A stretch of DNA of 64,000 nucleotides from positions 32,001 to 96,000 of the forward strand of contig CAVUWV010000023.1 in NCBI GenBank assembly GCA_963745075.1, in the 5' to 3' direction. How positions within the stretch are numbered: position 1 is the stretch's first letter; each line of letters begins with the position of its first letter. Shown here piece after piece: positions 29,716-38,905 of this stretch. The position numbers were made by a program, and so were the translations under genes. Source of the stretch: Candidatus Hydrogenedentota bacterium. Lineage in GTDB: Bacteria > Hydrogenedentota > Hydrogenedentia > Hydrogenedentales > SLHB01. The notes under the pieces are model-generated. The model saw only the letters and a list, made by a program, of their open reading frames with translations. It did no database searches and had not been told where the DNA came from.

Positions 29716-32700
29716 TCATTCCCTTGGCAGCCATTGCACGGCGTCGCCGACGACGTAGCCGTCCGTACCCTTGACGCTTACCTCGACCATGCCGTCGTTG
29801 GCCGCGGTGAAGGCGTACACCCCAAGGGAAATGAACGGTGACAATTTCCCCTGTTTTGCGCGTTCGTTCACTGTGACCGTGACCGGACCGTCCGCCGTGT
29901 GAATGGTGACAGGCACGTTGGTGGCGCGGTTGGGGTCGGCGGAGTAGGAGAAGCGCACTTCGTATCTGCCCGCCTTGGGGAGTTCCGGCACGTAGCGCAA
30001 ACGCGCGTCGTCCTGCTCAGCTTCGGCGAGTTCGTGGATGTAATCGTACCCGACGTAGGGGCCGACGGAGGTGCTGCGCCGCCATTGGCCGATCGGTTCG
30101 GCCTGGTTGTTGTCGATGACGATGCCGTCCAACTCCGACACCTTCACGTAGGGCGCGCCCACATCGTCCGGACCGAGGATTTGATTCTGTTCGTGGAGTC
30201 GCGCTTGCAGTTCGTCGATGGGCACGTCCTGCACGAAGACTTTGTCGCGGACCGCCAGCGCCGCCGCTACACCTGCCGCGTGGCCCATGATCATGTATTG
30301 CGGTTCCATACGAATCGATGAATACGCCACGTGCGACGCGGAACAACACACCGGCACGATCAGGTTCGTTGCCTGATCGCGCTTCGGCACGAGGGCGCGA
30401 TACGAAATCTCGTAGGGTTGCACCGGCACCTGCATGTCGCCTTCGTTGATGACCGAGGGTTCATCGCCCGGGAAATCATCCGGTCCGGCCAGAATCCGTT
30501 GCACGTGATGCGAATCCGAGTTGTACGACCCCATGCCGATGGAGTCGGGTTTCTCGCGATCGGTCTGGAGATCCTTTTGTTGCATGACGTACTCGCCGAC
30601 CATGCGGCGCGCTTCGCGGATGTACATCTGGTGCGGCCAATGGTCGGTGTCCTGGAATTCGTCGGCGGACGGTCCCCACTGGTGGGCGTCCTGCTGCAAC
30701 GGTTCCGGCACGCTCGGATCGTTGGCGAGGAAGTAATAAAAGCCCTGGATATACCGGAGCGTCTCGTCCCAGATTTCTTTGCGGCGCTCGTAGGTACCTT
30801 CCGGATAGTCCCAACTCCCGCCGATATAGTCGGTGGATATGGGCCCCCGGTTGTTGACGTCCGTTTTGGCCTCGGGCATGGGACTCAGAATCATCACGTC
30901 GTTCATCAAGAGGTCCGGATTCGCCTGAAGGTATCGCTTCAACAATTCGTAGCGCGCGGGATCGTAGTCCTCGGGTTTGGGGAAGGGCAGCCGGTTCTCC
31001 GGACGATTCGTAAGGCAGAGTCGGAAATTGTAGGCCTGCACTTTGCGGTCGCCGTGCCCCGGCGCGCCGGAAGGCCCGCGATAGATCAATGGAAGGAGTT
31101 CGCCGTTCGCATTGTAAGGATCCAACGGCTCGGGAAACTGGTGTTTGGGACTGCGCGCGATGCGCCCCGCGAGGGATTCGCCGTATACGGCCTGACTCTC
31201 GCGGCCCCACGTGTACAGCACGCCCGCCCGATACATCAGGTCACCCTCGTAGGAGCAGTCCGTAAAGACCTTCGCTCGGTACACCGTGCCATCGTCCATG
31301 ACCATCGCGGTGACTTGGGTTCCGTCCTTATCCACGGAATCGACGCGTTGGCCGAACACCACTCTCACGCCCGCCTCTTCGAGCCAGATGCGGAACTCCG
31401 CTTCGGCAACGTGCGGTTCGAAGAACCAGGAAATATCCTCGCCGTAGTGTTTGCCCAACCGCTCAAAGAAGTGCCGCGACATGCCGCCGATGACGCTTTG
31501 GTTGCCGTAGTCCGTGCGGCCCAGGCCGCCGGAGACCATGCCGCCGATATGCGCGCCGGGTTCGATAAGGATGACGTTCATACCCTCGTTCGCCGCGGCG
31601 ATGGCCGTGATCGCGCCGCCCGCCGTGCCGCCGTAGACGACCACGTCGTAGGCCTCGCCTTCCGGTTCGGACCCATGCACACCCGCGCGCCAATTGCCGA
31701 CGGCTTCGGAGGTGCGCAGGTAACGGTCGTACACGCGGAGCGATTCGATAGAGACACCGGTATAGTCTGCAAACCGGATCAATTTCGAGCCGTTGCAGTC
31801 GATCAACGCGGGATCGATGCGGTACCAGCCCTGAGGCCTTGCATCGCGGCCGTCGCACAGCATGCCGTCCACGACGAAGGTGACGATGCGGGGACCACCG
31901 TCCGCCGTGATCGCGACGTGGTGCAAGCCGGGTTCGGCCAGCACGTCCGGATCGCTCGCGTAGGATTGCGTCGTCGCGCCGTCGGATGCGGTCAATTGGA
32001 GGCCGCCATCCGGCGTTAGCGAAACCGTAAGACCGGCTCCATTCGCTTCGGTCGTTTCCAATAGCGCCTGTGCGGAAGGCGTTTCCTTTACTTCCAGCCA
32101 GAGCCCAATGGTGAAACCGCCGCCGGGTTCCAGTTTCGGCAACTGCGCCATGGCGATATCCACGCCGGCTTTCACGTTGTCCCCATCCGCCGCCAGCACC
32201 AGGCCGTCTTTCGCGATGCGCTTGTTGCGGTGCTGGTTCCACATGCCTTCGAGCAAGGTGCGGTCGAGTTTGTGGACGCGCGCGACGGACTTTTGCGTTT
32301 CCGTCACGTAGAATTCGCCGTCCAGTTCGACGAAGTCCGGATAACTCATCCGCACGGAGGGATTGTCGTCGTACAACACGATTTCCGGCTGCGACCAGTA
32401 GATCTGCCCGTCCTTTTCGACACCGCCGCACATCCACACCGGATTGCGCCCCTCGTAGGATTGGCCGCCGTGGTTGTGGAACCAATAAAGGTACTTGCCA
32501 TTGGCGAACCGCCGCACAAAGTTCGCCGCGCGCGGATGTTTAATTGTGCGCCCGCCGGGCGTGTAGGTCATGTATTCGGGCGGCGTCCAGGTATGCCCGC
32601 CGTCGCGGCTGTAGGCGTGGCAGGGGTGTCCGTCGACGGTGCGATACGTGCAGTACAACGAACCGTCGCGCAACGGCGTGAGATTGTGTTCCTCCGCGAT

Positions 32701-33429
32701 GGGACCTTGAGGCGCACGCAACCCCACGTCGCCGTCGGGTAGGGTTTCCCAGTGAATCTTCTCGGGATCCCACTCCGTGAGGATGTTGTCGCTTTTGAGG
32801 AAGATACCTTCCGAACGTTCGATGAAGCCCTGGCCGAAATTGCCGACCTTGGCCAACCCGATGTACGCTGCGCCGCCGAAAATCATCGGCTTGCCGACAC
32901 CCCAGAAGAACTGCACGTCGCCGCCGTAAACGTTCTCCCGATCGATATCAAAAGTGCGGATGGGTATCCGGTAGCGCTTCTCCGACCACGTGTGCCCGCC
33001 ATCGTCGGAGTACTTGAAGACGTACTGGCCCTGCGTGTCGACCCGTTTCGTGGTGCCGCCGTTGGACAGCTTCACCTCCCGCAGGTTGTCCGCGTTGTAA
33101 TCGTAAAACGCGCAGATGCGTCCGCCCACTTTCAAGGGCATCACCCACGACGCTTCCGGCGGCCCTTGCGGTTCGATGTCGATGAGTGGCCCCCAGGTGC
33201 GGCCCTTGTCCGCACTGATGGTCGCGACCACGTGCTGCTTATCGTTCCCCTCCGCGCCGGGACCGGTCGTAAGCGTGCACACCCATTCCCCGAGATCGTT
33301 CATGACGATATAGGGCTGGTCGCAGTACCCCTCGCTGGGGATCTCGACCCCGTTGACGATATTCCGTGTATCAATTGCCGCGCCATTTACGGCAAGAATC
33401 AGTGCGATGCCCAGAAGCGAAAAAGCCAT
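29716..33429 (-). CDS. Secreted multidomain protein: Asp-box (sialidase-like) propeller, LamG-like domain, FAD-dependent oxidoreductase, golvesin/xanthan-lyase-type C-terminal module
   Basis: Asp boxes SADKGRTW, SDDGGHTW, SRDGGHTW; VVVYGGTAGG, D.SYEGDL, YIREARR, SASHVAYSSIRMEP; G.YEV..SY....NRATNVPV. Confidence 0.85.
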   Translation of the reverse strand: MAFSLLGIALILAVNGAAIDTRNIVNGVEIPSEGYCDQPYIVMNDLGEWVCTLTTGPGAEGNDKQHVVATISADKGRTWGPLIDIEPQGPPEASWVMPLKVGGRICAFYDYNADNLREVKLSNGGTTKRVDTQGQYVFKYSDDGGHTWSEKRYRIPIRTFDIDRENVYGGDVQFFWGVGKPMIFGGAAYIGLAKVGNFGQGFIERSEGIFLKSDNILTEWDPEKIHWETLPDGDVGLRAPQGPIAEEHNLTPLRDGSLYCTYRTVDGHPCHAYSRDGGHTWTPPEYMTYTPGGRTIKHPRAANFVRRFANGKYLYWFHNHGGQSYEGRNPVWMCGGVEKDGQIYWSQPEIVLYDDNPSVRMSYPDFVELDGEFYVTETQKSVARVHKLDRTLLEGMWNQHRNKRIAKDGLVLAADGDNVKAGVDIAMAQLPKLEPGGGFTIGLWLEVKETPSAQALLETTEANGAGLTVSLTPDGGLQLTASDGATTQSYASDPDVLAEPGLHHVAITADGGPRIVTFVVDGMLCDGRDARPQGWYRIDPALIDCNGSKLIRFADYTGVSIESLRVYDRYLRTSEAVGNWRAGVHGSEPEGEAYDVVVYGGTAGGAITAIAAANEGMNVILIEPGAHIGGMVSGGLGRTDYGNQSVIGGMSRHFFERLGKHYGEDISWFFEPHVAEAEFRIWLEEAGVRVVFGQRVDSVDKDGTQVTAMVMDDGTVYRAKVFTDCSYEGDLMYRAGVLYTWGRESQAVYGESLAGRIARSPKHQFPEPLDPYNANGELLPLIYRGPSGAPGHGDRKVQAYNFRLCLTNRPENRLPFPKPEDYDPARYELLKRYLQANPDLLMNDVMILSPMPEAKTDVNNRGPISTDYIGGSWDYPEGTYERRKEIWDETLRYIQGFYYFLANDPSVPEPLQQDAHQWGPSADEFQDTDHWPHQMYIREARRMVGEYVMQQKDLQTDREKPDSIGMGSYNSDSHHVQRILAGPDDFPGDEPSVINEGDMQVPVQPYEISYRALVPKRDQATNLIVPVCCSASHVAYSSIRMEPQYMIMGHAAGVAAALAVRDKVFVQDVPIDELQARLHEQNQILGPDDVGAPYVKVSELDGIVIDNNQAEPIGQWRRSTSVGPYVGYDYIHELAEAEQDDARLRYVPELPKAGRYEVRFSYSADPNRATNVPVTIHTADGPVTVTVNERAKQGKLSPFISLGVYAFTAANDGMVEVSVKGTDGYVVGDAVQWLPRE

Positions 33430-33497
33430 GGAACGGAGACTCCTCAAGAATGGTTACGATCATTGCGTTACGCGAAAATAAGGTGACCAGCAGAGTA

Positions 33498-33764
33498 TCA
33501 ACCCCCCGGGCACCGCTCCGCGCCGCTCCCAATTCGGACCATTTCGGTGACGTCAACGAAATGGTCCTCGACCCGGTGTCCGCTGTTGAAACAAGCCAAC
33601 TTAGCCTTCTCGACGACCCCCTCGAAATTGCGATAGTCTCCATACTCCAATACGGCGGCGAACTCCCGGCTGGACCAGAATTCCGCGCCGGACTCATTCG
33701 TCCGTTTGATGCGCTCAAAAGGCGATACGTGGCCCTGGGAAGTCTTCTGAATGTCTTTGCCCAT
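33498..33764 (-). pseudogene. dinD: Truncated DNA damage-inducible protein D (BRO-N part only)
   Basis: FE.IK....G.EFWSSRE...LEY..YRNF..V..KA..AC..SG....DHF.....MV.IGSGA.R, then a stop. The usual LSRYACYL continuation is absent. Confidence 0.75.
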
Positions 33765-33972
33765 TTTCGAGTCCCCCTTTCGGCGTTTATCAACCGGCTC
33801 TGACATCTTGCAGTGTCTGGCGAAAGACCACTCCGGGTCGGCTCAATGTGCTTACCCTAAGGGTGGAAGAATACCAGTCTTGGTCCGGATTGCGCGACTT
33901 CGAACCTAGAATTGATACTATGGACCGGAATACCAGCGAAGTCGAAGAGCACCAACGATGGGAGCTTAAACG

Positions 33973-35340
33973 ATGCATGCAATGAATCGCAGGACTTTTC
34001 TCACGAGTGTGGCCGGCGGTGCGGCGTTGGCCGCGTCGAGTTGTTTCGGGGGAGCGGTAGTTCCGCGGATGGCGGCAGGACGGCCGAACATCATTCTCGC
34101 CATGACCGACGACCAAGGCTGGGGCGACACGGGTTATAACGGTCACCCTGTGGTGAAAACACCGACGATGGACGCCATGGCGGAAACGGGGCTGCGGTTC
34201 GAGCGGTTTTACAGTGGCGCGCCGGTCTGCTCCCCCACGCGCGGGAGCTGTCTCACGGGACGCCACCCCTACCGCTACGGCATCTTCGGGGCAAACAGCG
34301 CCAAGGATGCGACTTCGTCGTCGAAGTACGCCCTTCCGCGTGAGGAAATCACGCTGGCCGAGGTGCTCCTGGCTCAAGGGTACGCCACGGGGCATTTCGG
34401 CAAGTGGCACCTCGGCGACTTCAGCGGGCCCAAGCGGTCGTCACCTGCGGACAACGGGTTCCAAGAGTCTTTCTCGACGATCCGCAAAGTAGCGACATAC
34501 AATCCGACGGACTACTTCTTGAACGGCGAACCCTATACGGAGCCGCTGGAGGGCGACGACTCGGCCATTATCATGGACCGCGTAATTCCGTTTATTCGCG
34601 ATGCCGTGGCGAAGGACCAACCGTTTTTCACCGTCATCTGGTTTCACGCCCCGCACAATCCCGTAATTGCGGCGCCGGAATACCTGGCCCGGTACGCGGA
34701 CCATCCCGAAAAGGAACAGAACTACTGGGGCACGATCACAGCGGCCGACGAGCAACTGGGCCGGTTGCGCAACGAATTGCGCGCGTTGAATGTTGCGGAT
34801 GATACGATGCTCTGGTTCTGCAGCGACAATGGCCCCGCCGGGGACCCGACCTACGGCGCCGGTTCCACGAAGGGTTTGCGGGGCCGCAAGGGTGAGATTT
34901 ACGAAGGCGGTGTGCGGGTGCCGGGACTGCTTGAATGGCCCTCGCGCGTCGCCGAAGCCCGGACGATCGGCATGCCCTGTTCGACATCCGACTATCTTCC
35001 CACGATTCTCGAGCTGCTGCACCTGCAACCCACCGACAACCGGCCGCTGGACGGGATCAGTCTGGCGCCGCTAGTCGGCAGCGAACACGGGGAATGGGAA
35101 CGGGCCATCGGCTTCGAGCATAATGAAAAGACCGCATGGATCGACGGGCGATTCAAGCTGATCGCGACGATCGACGGCGAGAACCTGACCGCGCCGGAAC
35201 TGTATGACCTGATTAACGATCCCGACGAGAGCGATAATACCGCGGGCAACGACCCGGTGCGCGTTGGGTCCATGCTGGAAAGCCTGCGGGCGTGGCGGGC
35301 GTCCTGCACGCGAAGCCGAGACGGCGCGGATTACGCTTAG
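33973..35340 (+). CDS. Tat-exported Cys-type sulfatase (S1 family)
   Basis: NRRTFL Tat motif, DDQGWGD, CSPTRGSCLTG, GKWHLG, SDNG, YEGGVRVP. Confidence 0.93.
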   Translation: MHAMNRRTFLTSVAGGAALAASSCFGGAVVPRMAAGRPNIILAMTDDQGWGDTGYNGHPVVKTPTMDAMAETGLRFERFYSGAPVCSPTRGSCLTGRHPYRYGIFGANSAKDATSSSKYALPREEITLAEVLLAQGYATGHFGKWHLGDFSGPKRSSPADNGFQESFSTIRKVATYNPTDYFLNGEPYTEPLEGDDSAIIMDRVIPFIRDAVAKDQPFFTVIWFHAPHNPVIAAPEYLARYADHPEKEQNYWGTITAADEQLGRLRNELRALNVADDTMLWFCSDNGPAGDPTYGAGSTKGLRGRKGEIYEGGVRVPGLLEWPSRVAEARTIGMPCSTSDYLPTILELLHLQPTDNRPLDGISLAPLVGSEHGEWERAIGFEHNEKTAWIDGRFKLIATIDGENLTAPELYDLINDPDESDNTAGNDPVRVGSMLESLRAWRASCTRSRDGADYA

Positions 35341-35591
35341 TTCGGACCGCGTAATCCAAAGCGCGCACCCGTGCGTTATCGATCCGCCTGCTTTCGGCTT
35401 ATTCTGGTCGAGGTGTAAGGGGAGGCTGTGTAAGGTTTTGCGGTGAAATTGGGCACGCCGCGCCGGCGTAACGCGATCTGCCGCGGTGGGCTGGCCAAGC
35501 GTCCGTCTGCCGTGCGTGAATACTCCTTGAATTCCGTCGTCTACAGCGCGGACGGATTGCAGTGTCCCTGAAAATCGCAAACCGTGACATA

Positions 35592-35620
35592 TTGCACGAA
35601 TTTCCATTTTAGGGTATACT
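35592..35620 (+). promoter_or_regulatory. Putative sigma70 promoter P1
   Basis: TTGCAC-N17-TATACT. Confidence 0.6.
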
Positions 35621-35695
35621 AGGGCGTCCGTCGGTGAAGGTGCCTTTCGGAATTTGACCGAGAATTGAGAAGTGACAGGGCGCCTAAGCACCCTA

Positions 35696-35724
35696 TTGAC
35701 GGATTTCGAGTGCCATGCTAGTAT
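35696..35724 (+). promoter_or_regulatory. Putative sigma70 promoter P2
   Basis: TTGACG-N17-TAGTAT. Confidence 0.6.
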
Positions 35725-35858
35725 AAACGGGCAAGTACGAGTTATGCCTGATTTTGGTAGTTTTCTCTGAACGGTGCAGTTCCGCCCCCTTACGTGGGTG
35801 GCAAGAGTGGTCAGCTACTCGTAATCAGCCCTTAACCTACCTTGAGGAGATGCCAACA

Positions 35859-36047
35859 GTGGCCGTCTATCAATACACCGGGATCCTCGTGAATGACAAC
35901 GACCGTGTAGAATCCGGAGCCGTCTTGGCGGAATCGGAAGAAGCGGCGCGCGAAAAGTTGCGCAAATATCGCGTCGAAAAAGTGAAATTGGAAAAGATTG
36001 TGGGGCCTTCGGGCTTCTTTATGGGTTTTACTGCGAACGTGAAGTAG
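35859..36047 (+). CDS. Small protein resembling the cytoplasmic N-terminal module of PilC/GspF
   Basis: MAVYQYTG...ESGAVLAESEEAAREKLR. GAGGAG lies 9 nt before the GTG; ATG at 35850 is an alternative start. Confidence 0.6.
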   Translation: MAVYQYTGILVNDNDRVESGAVLAESEEAAREKLRKYRVEKVKLEKIVGPSGFFMGFTANVK

Positions 36048-36053
36048 CTTTCC

Positions 36054-36087
36054 GGCGGGCCGGGCGGAGACTTCCGCCCGGCTTGCC
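36054..36087. terminator. Strong hairpin between convergent genes (possible terminator)
   Basis: GGCGGGCCGGGCGGA-GACT-TCCGCCCGGCTTGCC. No clear U-tract. Confidence 0.5.
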
Positions 36088-36094
36088 CACCGTC

Positions 36095-36328
36095 TTAACC
36101 AAGGCGGTTCAGCGTCCCCGAAGTCTGGGACTCGTCGATCATCTTCAGCATATCCTTCATTAAACTGTTGTATTTCAAGAACATGCATTTCGTGAAAAGG
36201 TGACACGTGTCACACTCTTTCAGCTTTTCCTCGTCCACCCGCAGGTAGTGCTGCTTGGAATGGTCGCGAAATCGGATCGTCATATTCGCGAGCTGTCCAA
36301 AGCACTCTTTCATGGGTTGCTCCGCCAT
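36095..36328 (-). CDS. Small four-cysteine hypothetical protein downstream of comF
   Basis: GGAG RBS. CFG...CxxCxxxxxC. Confidence 0.7.
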   Translation of the reverse strand: MAEQPMKECFGQLANMTIRFRDHSKQHYLRVDEEKLKECDTCHLFTKCMFLKYNSLMKDMLKMIDESQTSGTLNRLG

Positions 36329-36379
36329 TCAAAGACTCCTTTCTTCCGTCCATCGCGTGGAACCTGATGCGAGACGCGC

Positions 36380-37159
36380 CTACTTCGATTGTGCATGGAG
36401 GTTGTGGGGCATGGCAAGTGCGGCGGCGAGGACATCCACCACGGCGACTCCGGCGGCGCGCAAGACAGAGGCGCATTCGGAAACTGTCCCGCCGGTGGTA
36501 ACCACGTCATCCACCAGGAGTACCGCCTTCTTCGCCAAGTGGGCGCCGTCTTCCACGGCGAATGCGCCCCGCACGTTTTCACGCCGTTCGGCTTCGCTGT
36601 GCAATCGGCTCTGGACCCGCGTGGGCCGGATGCGCCGGAGCGACCCGTCGAGCGCGGCGTTGGGAAGAACCGGGAGCACTTCGCGGGCGAGGAGCAGTGA
36701 CTGATTGAACCCGCGCTCCCGGTAACGCACCCTGTGGAGCGGCACGGGAATCACGTAGTCGTAGGCGTCGCAATCGAGTTCGCGCGCCGCCACGTCCGCC
36801 ATCAATTCTCCCAGCGGTCCCGCCAATCGCGGTTTGTCGTTGAACTTGAACAATTTGACCGCGCTTTCGATCGCGTCCTCGTAAATCGCCGCCCCCAGAA
36901 TCCGGCGATACGGTCGCTCCACCGTCGCCGAACTGCACGGTCCGCACCGGAAGTTACTCCGCGTCCCCAGGCCCACCCCTGCCGGATGCGGCCGCCCGCA
37001 CACCGGGCAAAAAGGCCGCTCGATCCGCGGACTCATCTCCCAGCAATTCGGGCAAAAATAGCCGTTCTCCTCGGTGAGGATACGTTCCCCGCACTGCTTG
37101 CAGTAGATCGGGAGCAGGAGATTGCGGATTGCCAGGGTCCAGTCGTTGGAGAATTGCAT
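36380..37159 (-). CDS. comF: ComF family protein (double zinc ribbon plus phosphoribosyltransferase fold)
   Basis: Four CxxC motifs, PVPLH..R..ERGFNQ, R..NV.GAF, LLVDDVVTTGGT. Confidence 0.92.
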   Translation of the reverse strand: MQFSNDWTLAIRNLLLPIYCKQCGERILTEENGYFCPNCWEMSPRIERPFCPVCGRPHPAGVGLGTRSNFRCGPCSSATVERPYRRILGAAIYEDAIESAVKLFKFNDKPRLAGPLGELMADVAARELDCDAYDYVIPVPLHRVRYRERGFNQSLLLAREVLPVLPNAALDGSLRRIRPTRVQSRLHSEAERRENVRGAFAVEDGAHLAKKAVLLVDDVVTTGGTVSECASVLRAAGVAVVDVLAAALAMPHNLHAQSK

Positions 37160-37229
37160 TGCGCGTCGCCTCATGTGGAAACTTCGCCGGTGCATTGTAC
37201 CAAGAGAGCGTCGGCGGTCAAGCAGAGCT

Positions 37230-37274
37230 GGACGACATGGACCCCATGGACAGGATGGACGAAATCGACGAAGA
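37230..37274. repeat. Degenerate 9-mer tandem repeat
   Basis: TGGACGACA TGGACCCCA TGGACAGGA TGGACGAAA TCGACGAAG. Confidence 0.7.
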
Positions 37275-37391
37275 CGGAACACGCGTGTAGCCGATCAATC
37301 TTCGTCGCGCGTTGAACGTGCGCATAGAGGCTGTCCTGAAGGGGCTGCATATGGTAAAGTCCGTGGGTTCTGGTGGGGAGCGTCTCGCCCG

Positions 37392-38804
37392 GTGAGTATC
37401 CAATCCAATCATATCGACGAATCGCGCTGGACGGGGCTGTCGGAAGTCCTGCGGCTGGCGATGCCCGCGATTCTTGCGTCCATTTCGTGGACGGTGATGC
37501 AGTTCATCGATACGGCCATGGTCGGCCAACTGGGGCAGGTGCCGCTGGCGGCCGTGGGGTCTGCCGGGCTGTGGGCATTCGTCATGAACACCTTCGCCGT
37601 GGGCGTGGTGGGCTGCGTGGCGACGTTTGTGGGCCAAAGCCTTGGCCGCGGCCGTCTTACCGATTGCGGGCGCTACGCGTGGCAAGGGATCTACCTCTCG
37701 CTGGCGACGGGCCTGTTGGCAATTGCGTTATGGCCACTTGCGGGACCCATCTTTCATCTCATGCCGCACACGCCCGAGGTGCAGGTGCAGGAGATTCTGT
37801 ATTTCCGCATCCGGTTATTGGGGTACGTGTTCATCGCGTGGCAGACGGCCCTCGCGTCCTTCTTTCAGGCCGTGAACCGTCCGATGATTCCCATGGTCTC
37901 GGCGTTTGCGGCGAATTTGCTGAACATCGTGCTGGATTATGCGCTGATCTTCGGCCATTTCGGCTTGCCCCGCATGGAAATCGGCGGCGCCGCGCTGGCC
38001 ACGGTGATCGCCCTGGGCTTTCAGGTCGCGCTGCTGCAATGGGTCTTTCTGCGCAAATCCATGGAAGAGACCTACGCGACGCGCAGCGGATTCGCCTTCG
38101 ACTGGTCCAAGATGACGGAACTCTTCAACATCGGCTGGCCTGCGGGCCTGTCATTCTTGCTGGACGTGATGAACTGGGGCATCTTCACCAGCTTCATTGT
38201 GGGGTACTTCGGCGACAGCGTGTTGGCGGCGCACACGGCGGCCATCGCCATCATGCACATCTCCTTCGTGCCGGCCATGGGTTTGAACCAGGCCATCGCG
38301 CCCATCGTGGGCCAATGGATCGGGCGGGAGAACATCCCCATTGCAAAGGCGCGCGCCTACACCGCCACCAAACTCGGCATCGCGTATATGTTCGGCATGG
38401 GAATGATCTTCGCCTTCCTGGGCCCGGCGATCATCCACGCCTTCTTCATCAACGACTGGAACGTGGTGAAACTGTGCCACATCTTCCTGATGATGGGCGC
38501 GGTGTTCCAGGGTTTCGATGCCATTAATATCGTGCTGTCAGGCGCGCTGCGCGGTGCGGGGGACACCCGGTGGATCGCGGTGATGACGGCTATCGGTGCG
38601 TACGGTCTCTTTCTGCCTGCGGCGTTGATCATGGCGTTTGTGTTCAAGTGGGGCGCAGTTGGCGCCTGGCTCGGGGCGACGGTCTACATCATCACGTTGA
38701 GCGGGATCATGTTCCGCCGCTTTCACGGCGAGCGGTGGCGCCACATCAAGATTTTCCGCGCCGATTTGGTGCCCGTGGTTGGGGCGGCGGATGTGATGAA
38801 GTGA
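37392..38804 (+). CDS. MATE family efflux transporter
   Basis: About 12 TM segments; DT.MVG.LG...LAAVG, N..LDY.LIFG.FG.P.M...GAA.AT, GALRGAGDT. Confidence 0.93.
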   Translation: MSIQSNHIDESRWTGLSEVLRLAMPAILASISWTVMQFIDTAMVGQLGQVPLAAVGSAGLWAFVMNTFAVGVVGCVATFVGQSLGRGRLTDCGRYAWQGIYLSLATGLLAIALWPLAGPIFHLMPHTPEVQVQEILYFRIRLLGYVFIAWQTALASFFQAVNRPMIPMVSAFAANLLNIVLDYALIFGHFGLPRMEIGGAALATVIALGFQVALLQWVFLRKSMEETYATRSGFAFDWSKMTELFNIGWPAGLSFLLDVMNWGIFTSFIVGYFGDSVLAAHTAAIAIMHISFVPAMGLNQAIAPIVGQWIGRENIPIAKARAYTATKLGIAYMFGMGMIFAFLGPAIIHAFFINDWNVVKLCHIFLMMGAVFQGFDAINIVLSGALRGAGDTRWIAVMTAIGAYGLFLPAALIMAFVFKWGAVGAWLGATVYIITLSGIMFRRFHGERWRHIKIFRADLVPVVGAADVMK

Positions 38805-38808
38805 AGAT

Positions 38809-38832
38809 GACCGGCGGGGACGCCGGTCCCAC
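38809..38832. repeat. Single REP-like palindrome
   Basis: GACCGGCG-GGGA-CGCCGGTC-CCAC (GTGG foot on the minus strand) between convergent genes. Confidence 0.6.
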
Positions 38833-38905
38833 ACCGGTTTGGCCTTTTCGTAGCGGTGAAAGCAGTTCGGTATTCCCGAGAATTTACGCGGCTGGAAGCG
38901 CGCGT

